DNA of 64,000 nucleotides, taken from the NCBI GenBank assembly GCA_964387325.1, contig CAYLYE010000001.1:19453-83452 (forward strand), written 5' to 3'. A program made the position numbers and the translations under genes. Shown here piece after piece: positions 30,145 through 39,568 of this stretch. A model generated the notes under the pieces. It worked only from the letters and a program-made list of their open reading frames with translations. It was not told where the DNA came from and did not search any database. The DNA comes from an uncultured Planctomycetaceae bacterium. Its GTDB lineage: Bacteria > Planctomycetota > Planctomycetia > Pirellulales > PNKZ01. How positions within the stretch are numbered: the stretch's first letter is position 1; the number at the start of each line of letters is the position of its first letter.

Positions 30145-30177
30145 GTTCTCGGTCTTCCGTTTTCGGTTTTCGGTTGA
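30145..30177. repeat. copy of the GTTTTCGG-family element
   Basis: The sequence gttctcggtcttccgttttcggttttcggttga begins 10 nt after the stop codon at 30135. Confidence 0.75.
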
Positions 30178-30248
30178 ACGGAATACCACGAGCAACTCGG
30201 TCACCCAAATCAATTGTCATTCCATCGAGCCAATCGAGGCCCCCTATC

Positions 30249-31634
30249 ATGTTGCACGTCGGAGACGAGCGAGTTCCGGTTTGCGGCGGTCACGGACTGT
30301 CGCGACGCAGCTTTATTCAGGCGGGCTCAGCCGGCTTGGTCGGTCTGTCGCTCCCGGCGACGATGAGTCTCGACGCCGCCGGCGCGATCGACGAGAGCCG
30401 CGCCAAGATTCGCAACTGCATCACCATCTTCCTCGTCGGCTCGCCCGGCCAAGTCGACACCTGGGACATGAAACCCGATGCGCCGGCCGAAGTGCGGGGC
30501 AAGTTCAACCCGATCGATACGAACGTGAGCGGCATTCAGATCTGCGAGCATTTTCCGCTCATGTCGCGGATGATGGACAAGGTCGCGCTGATTCGCTCGC
30601 TGCACCACAAGACCGGCGCCACGCACGAGAATGGCCAGCGCTGGATGATGACCGGCCACGACTTCAATGCCGACAGCATGAAGCCCTACACGGGTTCGGT
30701 CGTGTCGCGCGTCTTTGGCCAAAAGAGCGAAATGCCCTCGAGCGTCATTCTGCCCGGCCCGATCGGAAACACCGGCGCGGGCAACCTGCACGGCCAGACC
30801 GCGGCCTACCTGGGTAGCGCTCACGAGCCGTTCTTCCTCAACTCGGATCCTGCTCGAAGCGACTTCAAAGTTTCGGACCTCGAAGCTCCGGCCGGGCTCA
30901 GCGAGTTCCGCGTCGACGCACGCAAGAAACTGCTCTCGCAGATCGATCAACTCCAGCGTCGCAGCGAATCGCGCAGCACGCAAATGCACGACAACTCCTA
31001 CGAACGCGCCTTCCGACTGCTCACCTCGCCGCGTGCGAAAGAAACCTTCGACCTGGGCAAAGAGCCCGACAGCGTCCGCGATCGGTACGGTCGCAACACG
31101 TTCGGATCGAGTTGCTTGCTGGCCCGTCGCATGATCGAAGGGGGCGTCCGTTACGTGACGGTCAATCACTTCGATACGGTCTTTAATCAGACCTGCTGGG
31201 ACATGCACGCCGACGGTGGCGGTCTCAACAACACCTACGCCGACTACGAGAACCACCTGTGCCCGCAGTTCGATTGGGCCTTCACGGCATTGATTAGCGA
31301 CCTGGAGCAGCGTGGCCTGCTCGAAAGTACCGTCGTGGCGGTACTCAGCGAGTTCGGCCGCACACCGCGACTGAACGCCAAGGGTGGCCGCGACCACTAT
31401 CCGGCCGCGTGGACCAATTTCCTCTGCGGCGGGAATATCCGCGGCGGACAAGTCATCGGCTCGACCGACAAGATCGGTTCGCGACCGGCGAGCAACCCGA
31501 TCGAGCCGCCGCAAGTGCTGGCGTCGATCTATCACGGCATGGGGATCAACCTCGAGACGACGATGATGCCCGGCCCGGGCGAGCGTCCGGTTCGACTGAT
31601 CGAAGCCGAACCGATTCGTCAGCTGTTCTCTTAA
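30249..31634 (+). CDS. DUF1501 domain-containing protein (sulfatase-fold, Tat-signal)
   Basis: I prefer the ATG at 30249 (MLHVGDERVPVCGGHGLSRRSFIQAGSAGLVGLSL), which is twin-arginine-like. Typical DUF1501 blocks are present (CITIFLVGSPGQVDTWDMKP, LSEFGRTPRLNAKGGRDHYP). Confidence 0.85.
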   Translation: MLHVGDERVPVCGGHGLSRRSFIQAGSAGLVGLSLPATMSLDAAGAIDESRAKIRNCITIFLVGSPGQVDTWDMKPDAPAEVRGKFNPIDTNVSGIQICEHFPLMSRMMDKVALIRSLHHKTGATHENGQRWMMTGHDFNADSMKPYTGSVVSRVFGQKSEMPSSVILPGPIGNTGAGNLHGQTAAYLGSAHEPFFLNSDPARSDFKVSDLEAPAGLSEFRVDARKKLLSQIDQLQRRSESRSTQMHDNSYERAFRLLTSPRAKETFDLGKEPDSVRDRYGRNTFGSSCLLARRMIEGGVRYVTVNHFDTVFNQTCWDMHADGGGLNNTYADYENHLCPQFDWAFTALISDLEQRGLLESTVVAVLSEFGRTPRLNAKGGRDHYPAAWTNFLCGGNIRGGQVIGSTDKIGSRPASNPIEPPQVLASIYHGMGINLETTMMPGPGERPVRLIEAEPIRQLFS

Positions 31635-31656
31635 ATCATGCGGTGAGGCGGAAACC

Positions 31657-33993
31657 ATGCGACACACAACTTGGGCATGCATTCCGCTCCGCTGTGCGAC
31701 GGTCCTCGCGATCGCCTGCGCCCTTTCCGTGCAACTATTGGCCGCCGAACCCACGCTCACGAACGTCAATCTCCGCGGCCTGCAAAGCGGCGGCACGACG
31801 ACACTGGTCATCGATGGCACCGAGCTCGGCCCGGATACTCAAGCGCTGCTCCCTTGGAAGGTCGAACAGACCTTAGAGAAGGGAGCAACCGCCACCCGCG
31901 CGACGATCACGATCAAAACGCCGGCCAATACACCCAGCGGAGTTTATCCGTTGCGTGTCAGTACGCCCGGCGGGGTCAGCTTGCCCGTGCTCGTTGCGGT
32001 CGAACCGATCGTTCAACTGCCGATCGTCGGCAGCAAGATCGAGCAGCTCCCCGTCGCGTTGCACGGCGTGGTCGCTGGTAGCGCCGTGCTCGAGACGCAA
32101 CTGACACTTAAGGCGAACGAGACGTTGCACCTCGACGTCGAAGCGGCCCGCTTGGGCAGCAAGCTGCGGCCGGTCGTGCATGTTTATGATGAGCATCGCC
32201 GACAATTGGCTTGGGCCTGGTCGACGCCGACCCTCTGGGGTGACGTGCAGTTGAGTGTGCAGGCCCCGAAAGATGGTCCCTACACGATCGCCATTCACGA
32301 TCTGGAATATGCGGCCGCGGCGCCGAGTTATTTTCGTCTCAAGCTCGGCAACTGGTCGAGTGTTGCTCAAGTCTTTCCGCCGGTCGTGTCCATGGGTCAA
32401 TCGACGAATGTCGAGTTGATCACGAGCGCGGGGGTGAAAAAGGTCGACGTGAAGCCTGACGCCGCGACCCCGTTTGTCACGTTGAACTGGCCGGGCTCGG
32501 CCAGCTGGAGCGGCTTGCGTCCGTGGGTGCAGGTGAGTTCCTATCCGGAGTTGATCGCGCGTGGAGCCGAGAGCGCCCCGCAGGATTTGCCCGCTGGGCC
32601 GGTGGCCGTGAGTGGTCGCTTGAAGAGTCCGCAACAAGAAGACCGCTTTCGCCTACCGGTCGAGCCGCTCAGCAAGCTCCGCTTGGAAGTGTTCGCCGAG
32701 CGTTATGCTTCGCCGCTCGATGTGGCGCTCGTGGTTCGCAACGACAAGGGAGATCAACTGGTCCGTGGCGAAGATAGTCCCGGCACGCTTGACCCTGTGT
32801 TGGAATATACCGTACCCTCCGGTGTGCAAAGCGTGATCGTCGGCGTCGTCGATGCCCAAGGTCGCGGCGGTCCGTTAGGCATTTATCGACTCGTGATCGA
32901 ACCGCAGACCAGCACGCTGTCGACGGCCGACTATCGGCTCTCGACGACCGCGGCGCGGCTCACTCTGTTACCCGATGGCCGCGCGGTGTTACCCATTCTG
33001 GCCGAGCGACGCGGTTATGCGGGTCCCATTGAACTCACGGCCGATGGTTTACCGGCGCACATCAAGCTGAGCCATGCCACGATCCCTGCCGGAGCCGATG
33101 GCGCGCTGGTCACCTTGCAACGGACAACAAAAGACTCGGCCGCGCTCATCAGCGCGTGGCGTGGCGGGTCGGCCGTGGGTGCGCGCCCCGTGCTGCTTAA
33201 AAATCATCCGCTGGAAACCATTCAGCCGTGGCTCGCCACGGAGGTGTCGGTCGCGCTCTCTAGCGAGGTCAAGTCGACGCTGCAAGTTGACTGGCGAAAT
33301 CTGTCGGACGACGTCGCGCTGGTGTTGGGCGAGAAACTCAATCTGCCGCTGAAACTAACTCGCAACGACGAAAATACCGCCGTGCGGCTCACGTTGCTGA
33401 CCAGTCAAGTTGTGTCACTCGTGAACAATCAGCCCGACCCGCTCAAAACACTGCGTGCCGAAAAGGCCGTCGAGGTGGGTGCCAAGACTGCCGAGGGGGA
33501 ACAACCGCTGATCGTGCCGGTCGAACTCACGAGCAGCGTTTATGACCTGACCATTCAAGGCGAGTTGCTCACGGCCGACAAAAAGACTGTGCTCGCCACA
33601 GCGTTCGCGCCCGTGCGACGGATGAAGGTCGTCAACCCGCTCGCGATCGAGTTGGCCGAGGGACCGACCTATACGGCGACCACGGACGGCAAGACGGCAG
33701 TGACTCTGAAAGTGACTGGCAAGGTATCGCGACGCGCTCCGCTGGCCGGCGATGTCTCGCTGGCGATTACGGGTCTGCCCACGGGAGCAACCAGTCCGGC
33801 CGTCACGATCAAAGCCGATCAAAGCGACTTCACGGCGAACATTGCGATACCCGCGACACTCGCTCCCAGCGAGTATAAGGGGTTGAAACTGCAAGCCTCG
33901 ATTGTGCCGGACAGTAAGTTGCCCAATCAACGAATCAAGAGTGAGCGCGACTTGACGCTCGTCGTCAAGCGCACCGAGAACGAGAAGAAGTAA
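31657..33993 (+). CDS. hypothetical secreted multi-domain beta-rich protein
   Basis: 778 aa with a signal peptide (VLAIACALSVQLLAAEP). It has repeated beta-sandwich-like segments and lies between the DUF1501 and DUF1549/DUF1553 genes. Confidence 0.65.
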   Translation: MRHTTWACIPLRCATVLAIACALSVQLLAAEPTLTNVNLRGLQSGGTTTLVIDGTELGPDTQALLPWKVEQTLEKGATATRATITIKTPANTPSGVYPLRVSTPGGVSLPVLVAVEPIVQLPIVGSKIEQLPVALHGVVAGSAVLETQLTLKANETLHLDVEAARLGSKLRPVVHVYDEHRRQLAWAWSTPTLWGDVQLSVQAPKDGPYTIAIHDLEYAAAAPSYFRLKLGNWSSVAQVFPPVVSMGQSTNVELITSAGVKKVDVKPDAATPFVTLNWPGSASWSGLRPWVQVSSYPELIARGAESAPQDLPAGPVAVSGRLKSPQQEDRFRLPVEPLSKLRLEVFAERYASPLDVALVVRNDKGDQLVRGEDSPGTLDPVLEYTVPSGVQSVIVGVVDAQGRGGPLGIYRLVIEPQTSTLSTADYRLSTTAARLTLLPDGRAVLPILAERRGYAGPIELTADGLPAHIKLSHATIPAGADGALVTLQRTTKDSAALISAWRGGSAVGARPVLLKNHPLETIQPWLATEVSVALSSEVKSTLQVDWRNLSDDVALVLGEKLNLPLKLTRNDENTAVRLTLLTSQVVSLVNNQPDPLKTLRAEKAVEVGAKTAEGEQPLIVPVELTSSVYDLTIQGELLTADKKTVLATAFAPVRRMKVVNPLAIELAEGPTYTATTDGKTAVTLKVTGKVSRRAPLAGDVSLAITGLPTGATSPAVTIKADQSDFTANIAIPATLAPSEYKGLKLQASIVPDSKLPNQRIKSERDLTLVVKRTENEKK

Positions 33994-33994
33994 G

Positions 33995-36484
33995 GTGAAC
34001 GCAATGCAAAGCATGAATAAATGGTGGTGGTTGGCGGTGGCCCTGATCGTGACAGGCATCTGCGGCGGAGCCGTGAGCCACGCGGCCGACGCGCCGCCGA
34101 CCGGGTACAAGAGTCTGAGCGTGTCGCCGAGCGAAATCGTGTTGCGTCATGCTCGTCAGCCGCAGAGCATTCAGGTGCTGGCGACCACGGCCGACGATTT
34201 CTCGGCCGATTTAAGGAGCAGCACGAAGTTCACGGTCGCCGACAGCAAAATCGTTCGCATCGACTCTCAAGGCTGGGCCTGGCCGCTGAGCAACGGTCAA
34301 ACGACCATCACCGCGGCCGTGATGGGCCAGTCGCTCACGTTGAACGTCCGCGTCGAATTGAGCCCCACCGAGCCGCCGTACAGTTTCCGTCACGAGGTCA
34401 TGCCGGTGTTGACCAAGGCCGGCTGCAATATGGGCGCGTGTCATGGTTACTCGTTGGGCAAAAACGGTTTCAAGTTGTCGCTCCGCGGGCAGGATGCCGA
34501 CGCCGACTACATGTCCATCACCAAAGAAGTATTTGGCCGACGGCTCGACTATCAACGGCCGATCGCGAGCATTTTCGTCTCGAAGCCGCGCGGCGACGTC
34601 GCTCACGAAGGCGGTGTGCGCTACCAGCGCGACAGTCTCTGCGATCAGATTTTGCAGCGATGGGTCGAGCAAGGCGCGCCAAGCGACCTGACCGACACGG
34701 CTCAAGTGACCGGCGTGCGGATGATTCCTGACAAGCTCGTGTTGCGGCCAGGTATCAAACACCGCGTGCAATTGCTGGCCGACTACAGCAATGGCGCCTC
34801 GCGCGACGTGACCCGGCTCGGTGTGTTTGTCGCCAACAACACTCAATTCGCCACGGTCGATGAAGAAGGGCTGGTCGAGTCGGGCGATCCGGGTGAGACC
34901 GTGATCGTTGGCCGCTTTGAGCGCAAGTTCGCTTCGACCGGCGTGATCGTGTTGAAGCCCACGAGCAACTTTCAAAGCACGCCTGTGCCGACCGATCATC
35001 TCGTCGATCAGCACGTGATCGAAAAGCTCAATCGGCTCAAGATCGAGCCGTCACCCATCTCGGGCGACGAAGAGTTTCTCCGCCGCGTGTATCTCGACCT
35101 GATCGGCGTACAGCCGAAGCCTGAAGAGATTCGTGCCTTTGTGGCCAGCAGCGACGTCAACAAGCGCCAGCAAGTCATTGATGGGCTGTTCGACCGCAGC
35201 GAGTTTGTCGACCACTGGTCGCTCAAATGGGGCGATCTGCTACAAAACTCGCGCAACTCGGTGAGTTCGCCGAGCGTGTATCTGTTCCGCGAGTTCATTC
35301 GCTCGGCGGTGGCGTCGAACATGCCGCTCGATGAGTTCGCCCGGCGGCTCGTGACCGCGCGCGGTGGTTCGGTCGACGACCCGGCCAGTGTGTACTTCGC
35401 GATCAGCAAGGACACGAACGACTCGGTCGAGCGCGTCACGCAGGTGTTTTGTGGCGTGCGGATGCTCTGTGCCCGCTGCCATGCTCACCCGCTCGAAAAC
35501 TGGACGCAGGCCGACTACTACGGGCTGGCCAGCTTCTTCAATCAGGTGAGCACCCGGCCCGACACTCGATTCAACGCGCAGCGCACGCCGAATGCGAAAT
35601 ATGTGCAAGTGAATTTGCAAGCGGGCCTCTCGACCAACCCGCGCACGAATCAACAGCAACCGCCCCGGTTCTTAGGCGGGGACGAACCCAAGCTCGCCCC
35701 GGGCGTTGATCGCCGCGAGGCCTATGCCCAATGGCTGACCGATGCGAAGAATCCGTTGTTTGCTCGTGGATTGGTCAACCGGCTGTGGAGCTATTTCTTT
35801 CATCGTGGGATTGTCGAGCCGGTCGATGACGTGCGGAGCACGAACCCGCCGATCAACCCCGCCTTGCTCGACGCGCTGACGGCCGACTTCGTGCAGCACA
35901 AATTTGACACGCGGCATTTGATGCGGCAGATCGTCACCTCGCGGACCTATCAACGAACTAGCGTGGAAAATGCCTCGAACGCGCACGATGAGCAGAACTT
36001 CTCACATGCCGTGCCGCGACGCATCCCGGCCGAGGCACTGCTCGATTCGCTCGTGCAGGGGACCGGGGTACCGGAGAACATCGGTGGCGCTCCGGCTGGG
36101 TTCCGCGCCGCGCAGCTGCCCGACGCCAACGTGACGAGCCCGTTTCTGAGCCTGTTTGGTAAGCCGCAGCGGATGGAAGCCTGCGAGTGCGAACGAGATA
36201 ACGGCTCGAACATGCTCCAGGCGCTGCACATGATCAACGGCAATAGCATCCTCGCACGGGTCAGTAACCCCAACGGCCGACCGGCTCAGTTGCTGAAACA
36301 AAAGCTGACCGATGAAGAGCGGATCAACGAACTCTATCTGTGGACGCTCGCTCGCAGTGCATCGACCGATGAGCGAAGCGTGGGGGTCGGCTTCCTCGCC
36401 AGCTACGGTGACAAGCAACTCGAAGCGCTGCAAGACATGATGTGGGCGTTGCTCAACAGCAAAGACTTCCTGCTGGTGCATTAA
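33995..36484 (+). CDS. DUF1549/DUF1553 domain-containing protein with N-terminal Ig-like (Big_2-type) domain
   Basis: 829 aa, with the start at GTG 33995 or ATG 34004/34013. The signal peptide is followed by KAGCNMGACHG and CARCHAHPLENW (DUF1549 signatures). The C-terminal region has MEACECERDNGSNMLQALHMING (DUF1553 signature). Confidence 0.85.
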   Translation: MNAMQSMNKWWWLAVALIVTGICGGAVSHAADAPPTGYKSLSVSPSEIVLRHARQPQSIQVLATTADDFSADLRSSTKFTVADSKIVRIDSQGWAWPLSNGQTTITAAVMGQSLTLNVRVELSPTEPPYSFRHEVMPVLTKAGCNMGACHGYSLGKNGFKLSLRGQDADADYMSITKEVFGRRLDYQRPIASIFVSKPRGDVAHEGGVRYQRDSLCDQILQRWVEQGAPSDLTDTAQVTGVRMIPDKLVLRPGIKHRVQLLADYSNGASRDVTRLGVFVANNTQFATVDEEGLVESGDPGETVIVGRFERKFASTGVIVLKPTSNFQSTPVPTDHLVDQHVIEKLNRLKIEPSPISGDEEFLRRVYLDLIGVQPKPEEIRAFVASSDVNKRQQVIDGLFDRSEFVDHWSLKWGDLLQNSRNSVSSPSVYLFREFIRSAVASNMPLDEFARRLVTARGGSVDDPASVYFAISKDTNDSVERVTQVFCGVRMLCARCHAHPLENWTQADYYGLASFFNQVSTRPDTRFNAQRTPNAKYVQVNLQAGLSTNPRTNQQQPPRFLGGDEPKLAPGVDRREAYAQWLTDAKNPLFARGLVNRLWSYFFHRGIVEPVDDVRSTNPPINPALLDALTADFVQHKFDTRHLMRQIVTSRTYQRTSVENASNAHDEQNFSHAVPRRIPAEALLDSLVQGTGVPENIGGAPAGFRAAQLPDANVTSPFLSLFGKPQRMEACECERDNGSNMLQALHMINGNSILARVSNPNGRPAQLLKQKLTDEERINELYLWTLARSASTDERSVGVGFLASYGDKQLEALQDMMWALLNSKDFLLVH

Positions 36485-36586
36485 GCTGCATTGCGAGCGG
36501 CCATCAGGACGTGGCTCTGTTCAGTAAGCATGGCACCCTTACGCAACGCGGCAGAGCCACCGGCTTGGGTGATGGCAACGTTCGCG

Positions 36587-37447
36587 CTAGCGGTCGAACA
36601 GCTTCTTGATCGCGTAGACGGTCGCGGCACGCCCGGCACGGGCAATCGAGGTCGTGAGCGGAATCCGCTTGGGGCAGACCGCCACGCAGTTCTGGGCATT
36701 GCCGCACATCTGCAAGCCCCCCTCGGCCGTGAGTGCTTCGAGCCGCTCCTCGGCTTGCAGCTTGCCTGTCGGATGCGTATTGAACAACATCGCTTGGCTG
36801 ATCGCGTGCGGGCCAATGAAATTTTCGTCGTAGGCAGCTTGCTTACGGGCAGCGAACTGCGCGTCGCTCTCGTCATCGCGCTTGGCCAACTCGACCTTGT
36901 TGTACTGCGGACACGCCTCGACACAGCATCCGCAGCTCATGCACTCGGAGAGCGGGTAGGCAACGCCCTGTTCGGCCGGCGCGACGCGCGGGCCAGCACC
37001 CATGTCGTAGTAGCCATCGACCGGAATCCAAGCTTTGACCTTCTGCAAGGCGCGAAACAATCGGGAGCGATCGACCATCAGATCGCGGACGACGGGGAAC
37101 TTGCCCATCGGCCGAAGCTCAATTTCGTCCGGTTGCTCGGCGAGCAGACGATCGACGAGCGCGGAACAAGCTTGTCGCACCCGGCCATTGACGACCATCG
37201 TGCAGGCGCCACACACCTCTTCGAGGCAGTTACAGTCCCAGGCCACGGGCGCGACGGCTTGACCCTCGGCCGTTTTGGCCTGCGCGGCAATGCGTTGCAA
37301 GACGCTAATGACGTTCATGTCGCTCTCGCGTTCGATGACATGCCGTTCCCAGTAGCTTGCTTCGCCGGGGGCGTCTTGCCGCAGCACGCGGACCGTAAAG
37401 GTCTTGGCATGACCGTGCTGAGCGTGGTCGTTGTGTTCGTGGTCCAT
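36587..37447 (-). CDS. sdhB: succinate dehydrogenase/fumarate reductase iron-sulfur subunit
   Basis: 286 aa with three Cys clusters (CLEEVCGACTMVVNG; CMSCGCCVEACP; CGNAQNCVAVCP). Confidence 0.9.
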   Translation of the reverse strand: MDHEHNDHAQHGHAKTFTVRVLRQDAPGEASYWERHVIERESDMNVISVLQRIAAQAKTAEGQAVAPVAWDCNCLEEVCGACTMVVNGRVRQACSALVDRLLAEQPDEIELRPMGKFPVVRDLMVDRSRLFRALQKVKAWIPVDGYYDMGAGPRVAPAEQGVAYPLSECMSCGCCVEACPQYNKVELAKRDDESDAQFAARKQAAYDENFIGPHAISQAMLFNTHPTGKLQAEERLEALTAEGGLQMCGNAQNCVAVCPKRIPLTTSIARAGRAATVYAIKKLFDR

Positions 37448-37488
37448 GATGGTTTACCGTTTCCTGATTGAACGCTCGAAACGTGGAA

Positions 37489-39513
37489 CTAGCGGGGGGC
37501 GGCAACCGCCGTGCCCGAGGCCTTCGCCCCATGACCCTGATGATTCGCGGCAGCGGCCTTGGCGGCGCTGCGCTGCTTCCAGACTTCCTCGATCACCTCG
37601 GCTCCGACCAAGCCATAGAGCCGTGGGCGGGGCGGGATCAACGAGGTGTCGACATCCTCGTAACTCAACTGGACGTCGCCGCTCGCGTCGAGTGTCGTGA
37701 TCGAACTCTTGAGCCAACGCGCCGTGCTCTCCTCGAATCGATCGCACCATTGTTCGGCTTCGCGAAGACGTTCGGCCGGTTCGGTGGCTTTGAGCCCCGG
37801 GAGCGAGAAGTTTGGCTTGTAGTGTGCGCCGCGGCTTTCATCGCGCGCCAGTGCGCCTTTGAGAATCGCCTCGGCGATCGGCAGCATGTCGTTGAGCGCC
37901 TTGGTGAACACGACGTTCTGGTTGGTCCAATGACCCGAGTCGCTGAGCGAGCAGCGCTTGACCCGCTCCTTGAGATCGGCCATTTTGCCGACCGCCTCGC
38001 TGAGCTGGTCGTTCTGTCGCACGACCGTGGCGACGCGGGTCATCATATTGCCCAGCTCTTGATGCAGCAGGTACGGGTTCTCGCCGCCACCGCTGCGCTT
38101 GAGCAGCTTGTCGTGCGTACTCTGGTGCTGCTTGCGAGCTTGCTCGAAGAACGACGAGGGCTGATCGGCTGCCGCGCCGCCGCTCACTCCCTTGAGCCAA
38201 GTTTGTAAGCTCGGAGCAACAATCAAGCCGCTGAAGATGCAACTGAGCAGCGAATTAGCTCCCAGTCGATTCGCGCCGTGGTATTGGTAATCGCATTCGC
38301 CCAAGGCATAGAGGCCCGGGATATTGGTGGCCTGATTCTTTGGATGGCCGATCTGCAATCCACCCTTGGCGCACTTCTCGTAGTCGACCCAAAGGCCACC
38401 CATCGAGTAATGCACGGCGGGGAAAATCTTCATCGGCACTTCGCGCGGGTCGACCCCTTGGAACTTCTCGTAGATTTCCAAGATGCCGCCAAGTTTGCGG
38501 TTGAGCATTTCGCGCGGCAGATGCGTGAGGTCGAGGTAGACGGCGAGCCGATCGCTCTCGACGCTCAGCCCCTCGTTCGTGCAGACGTTGAAAATCTCGC
38601 GCGTGGCAATGTCGCGGGGGACGAGATTGCCGTACTTCGGGTAACGCTTTTCGAGGAAGTAATACCGCTCGTTCTCGGGAATTTGGCGTGGCTCGCGGGG
38701 GTCCTGTGGTTTGACCGGCACCCAGACGCGGCCCCCTTCGCCGCGGGCGCTCTCGCTCATCAGCCGCAGCTTGTCAGCGCCGGGAATGGCGGTGGGATGG
38801 ACTTGGATGAACTCACCGTTACCGTACTTGGCGCCGGCCTGAAAGGCGCGGCTGACCGCGCTGCCGGTGCAGGCCATCGACATCGTCGAGCGACCGAAGA
38901 TCAGTCCGCACCCGCCCGTGGCAAGCACGACGGCGTCGGCCGCGAAGGAGCGAATCTCCATCGTGACCATATCCTGAGCGACGCAGCCGCGACACACGCC
39001 TTGCTCGTCGAGGATCGGGCCCAGAAAATCCCAGAACTCGTATTTCTTGATATTCCCTTCGCTCTCCCAGCGGCGCACTTGTTCGTCGAGGGCGTAGAGC
39101 AACTGCTGGCCGGTAGTCGCGCCGGCGAAGGCGGTCCGTTTGAAGAGCGTGCCGCCGAAGCGACGTTGATCGCGGAATCCTTCGGGCGTGCGGTTGAAAG
39201 GGACACCGAGGCGATCCATGAGGTCGATGATCTTAGGTCCCCAGTCGCACATTTCCTTGACCGGGGGCTGATGCTGGAGGAAGTCGCCGCCGTAGACCGT
39301 GTCGTCAAAGTGCAGCCCCTCGTTATCGCCTTGTTGGCGTGTGAGGTCGTTGACGCTGTTGATCCCGCCTTGGGCGCAGACGCTGTGCGAGCGCTTGACT
39401 GGCGTGAGGCTCATCAGGTCGACGTCGATGCCCAACTCGGCGAGTTTCATGGCGGCGGCCAGACCGGCTAGTCCACCACCAACGATCATCACGCGTTGCT
39501 TTGCCATGTTCAT
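37489..39513 (-). CDS. sdhA: succinate dehydrogenase/fumarate reductase flavoprotein subunit
   Basis: I prefer the start at 39513 or 39507 (MNMAKQRVMIVGGGLAGLAAAMKLAE), which gives the FAD Rossmann motif. RSHSVCAQGGIN contains the covalent-FAD His. The longer listed ORF (to 39630) would overlap sdhC. Confidence 0.95.
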   Translation of the reverse strand: MNMAKQRVMIVGGGLAGLAAAMKLAELGIDVDLMSLTPVKRSHSVCAQGGINSVNDLTRQQGDNEGLHFDDTVYGGDFLQHQPPVKEMCDWGPKIIDLMDRLGVPFNRTPEGFRDQRRFGGTLFKRTAFAGATTGQQLLYALDEQVRRWESEGNIKKYEFWDFLGPILDEQGVCRGCVAQDMVTMEIRSFAADAVVLATGGCGLIFGRSTMSMACTGSAVSRAFQAGAKYGNGEFIQVHPTAIPGADKLRLMSESARGEGGRVWVPVKPQDPREPRQIPENERYYFLEKRYPKYGNLVPRDIATREIFNVCTNEGLSVESDRLAVYLDLTHLPREMLNRKLGGILEIYEKFQGVDPREVPMKIFPAVHYSMGGLWVDYEKCAKGGLQIGHPKNQATNIPGLYALGECDYQYHGANRLGANSLLSCIFSGLIVAPSLQTWLKGVSGGAAADQPSSFFEQARKQHQSTHDKLLKRSGGGENPYLLHQELGNMMTRVATVVRQNDQLSEAVGKMADLKERVKRCSLSDSGHWTNQNVVFTKALNDMLPIAEAILKGALARDESRGAHYKPNFSLPGLKATEPAERLREAEQWCDRFEESTARWLKSSITTLDASGDVQLSYEDVDTSLIPPRPRLYGLVGAEVIEEVWKQRSAAKAAAANHQGHGAKASGTAVAAPR

Positions 39514-39568
39514 GACTTTCTCGGAAAAATTGCTCGCCAACGGCGCGCGGCTTTGAACGATTCGGAGA

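Noticed and set aside
29913-30248. N-terminal extension of the DUF1501 ORF
   Set aside because: It overlaps the 101-aa ORF and a dispersed repeat. The Tat-type signal starts at the ATG at 30249.
30327-31820. 497-aa minus-strand ORF (and the analogous 58025..59353 ORF)
   Set aside because: They are antisense shadows of the two DUF1501 genes.
36491-39471. Plus-strand ORFs 36491..37471 and 38278..39471
   Set aside because: They are antisense to sdhB and sdhA.
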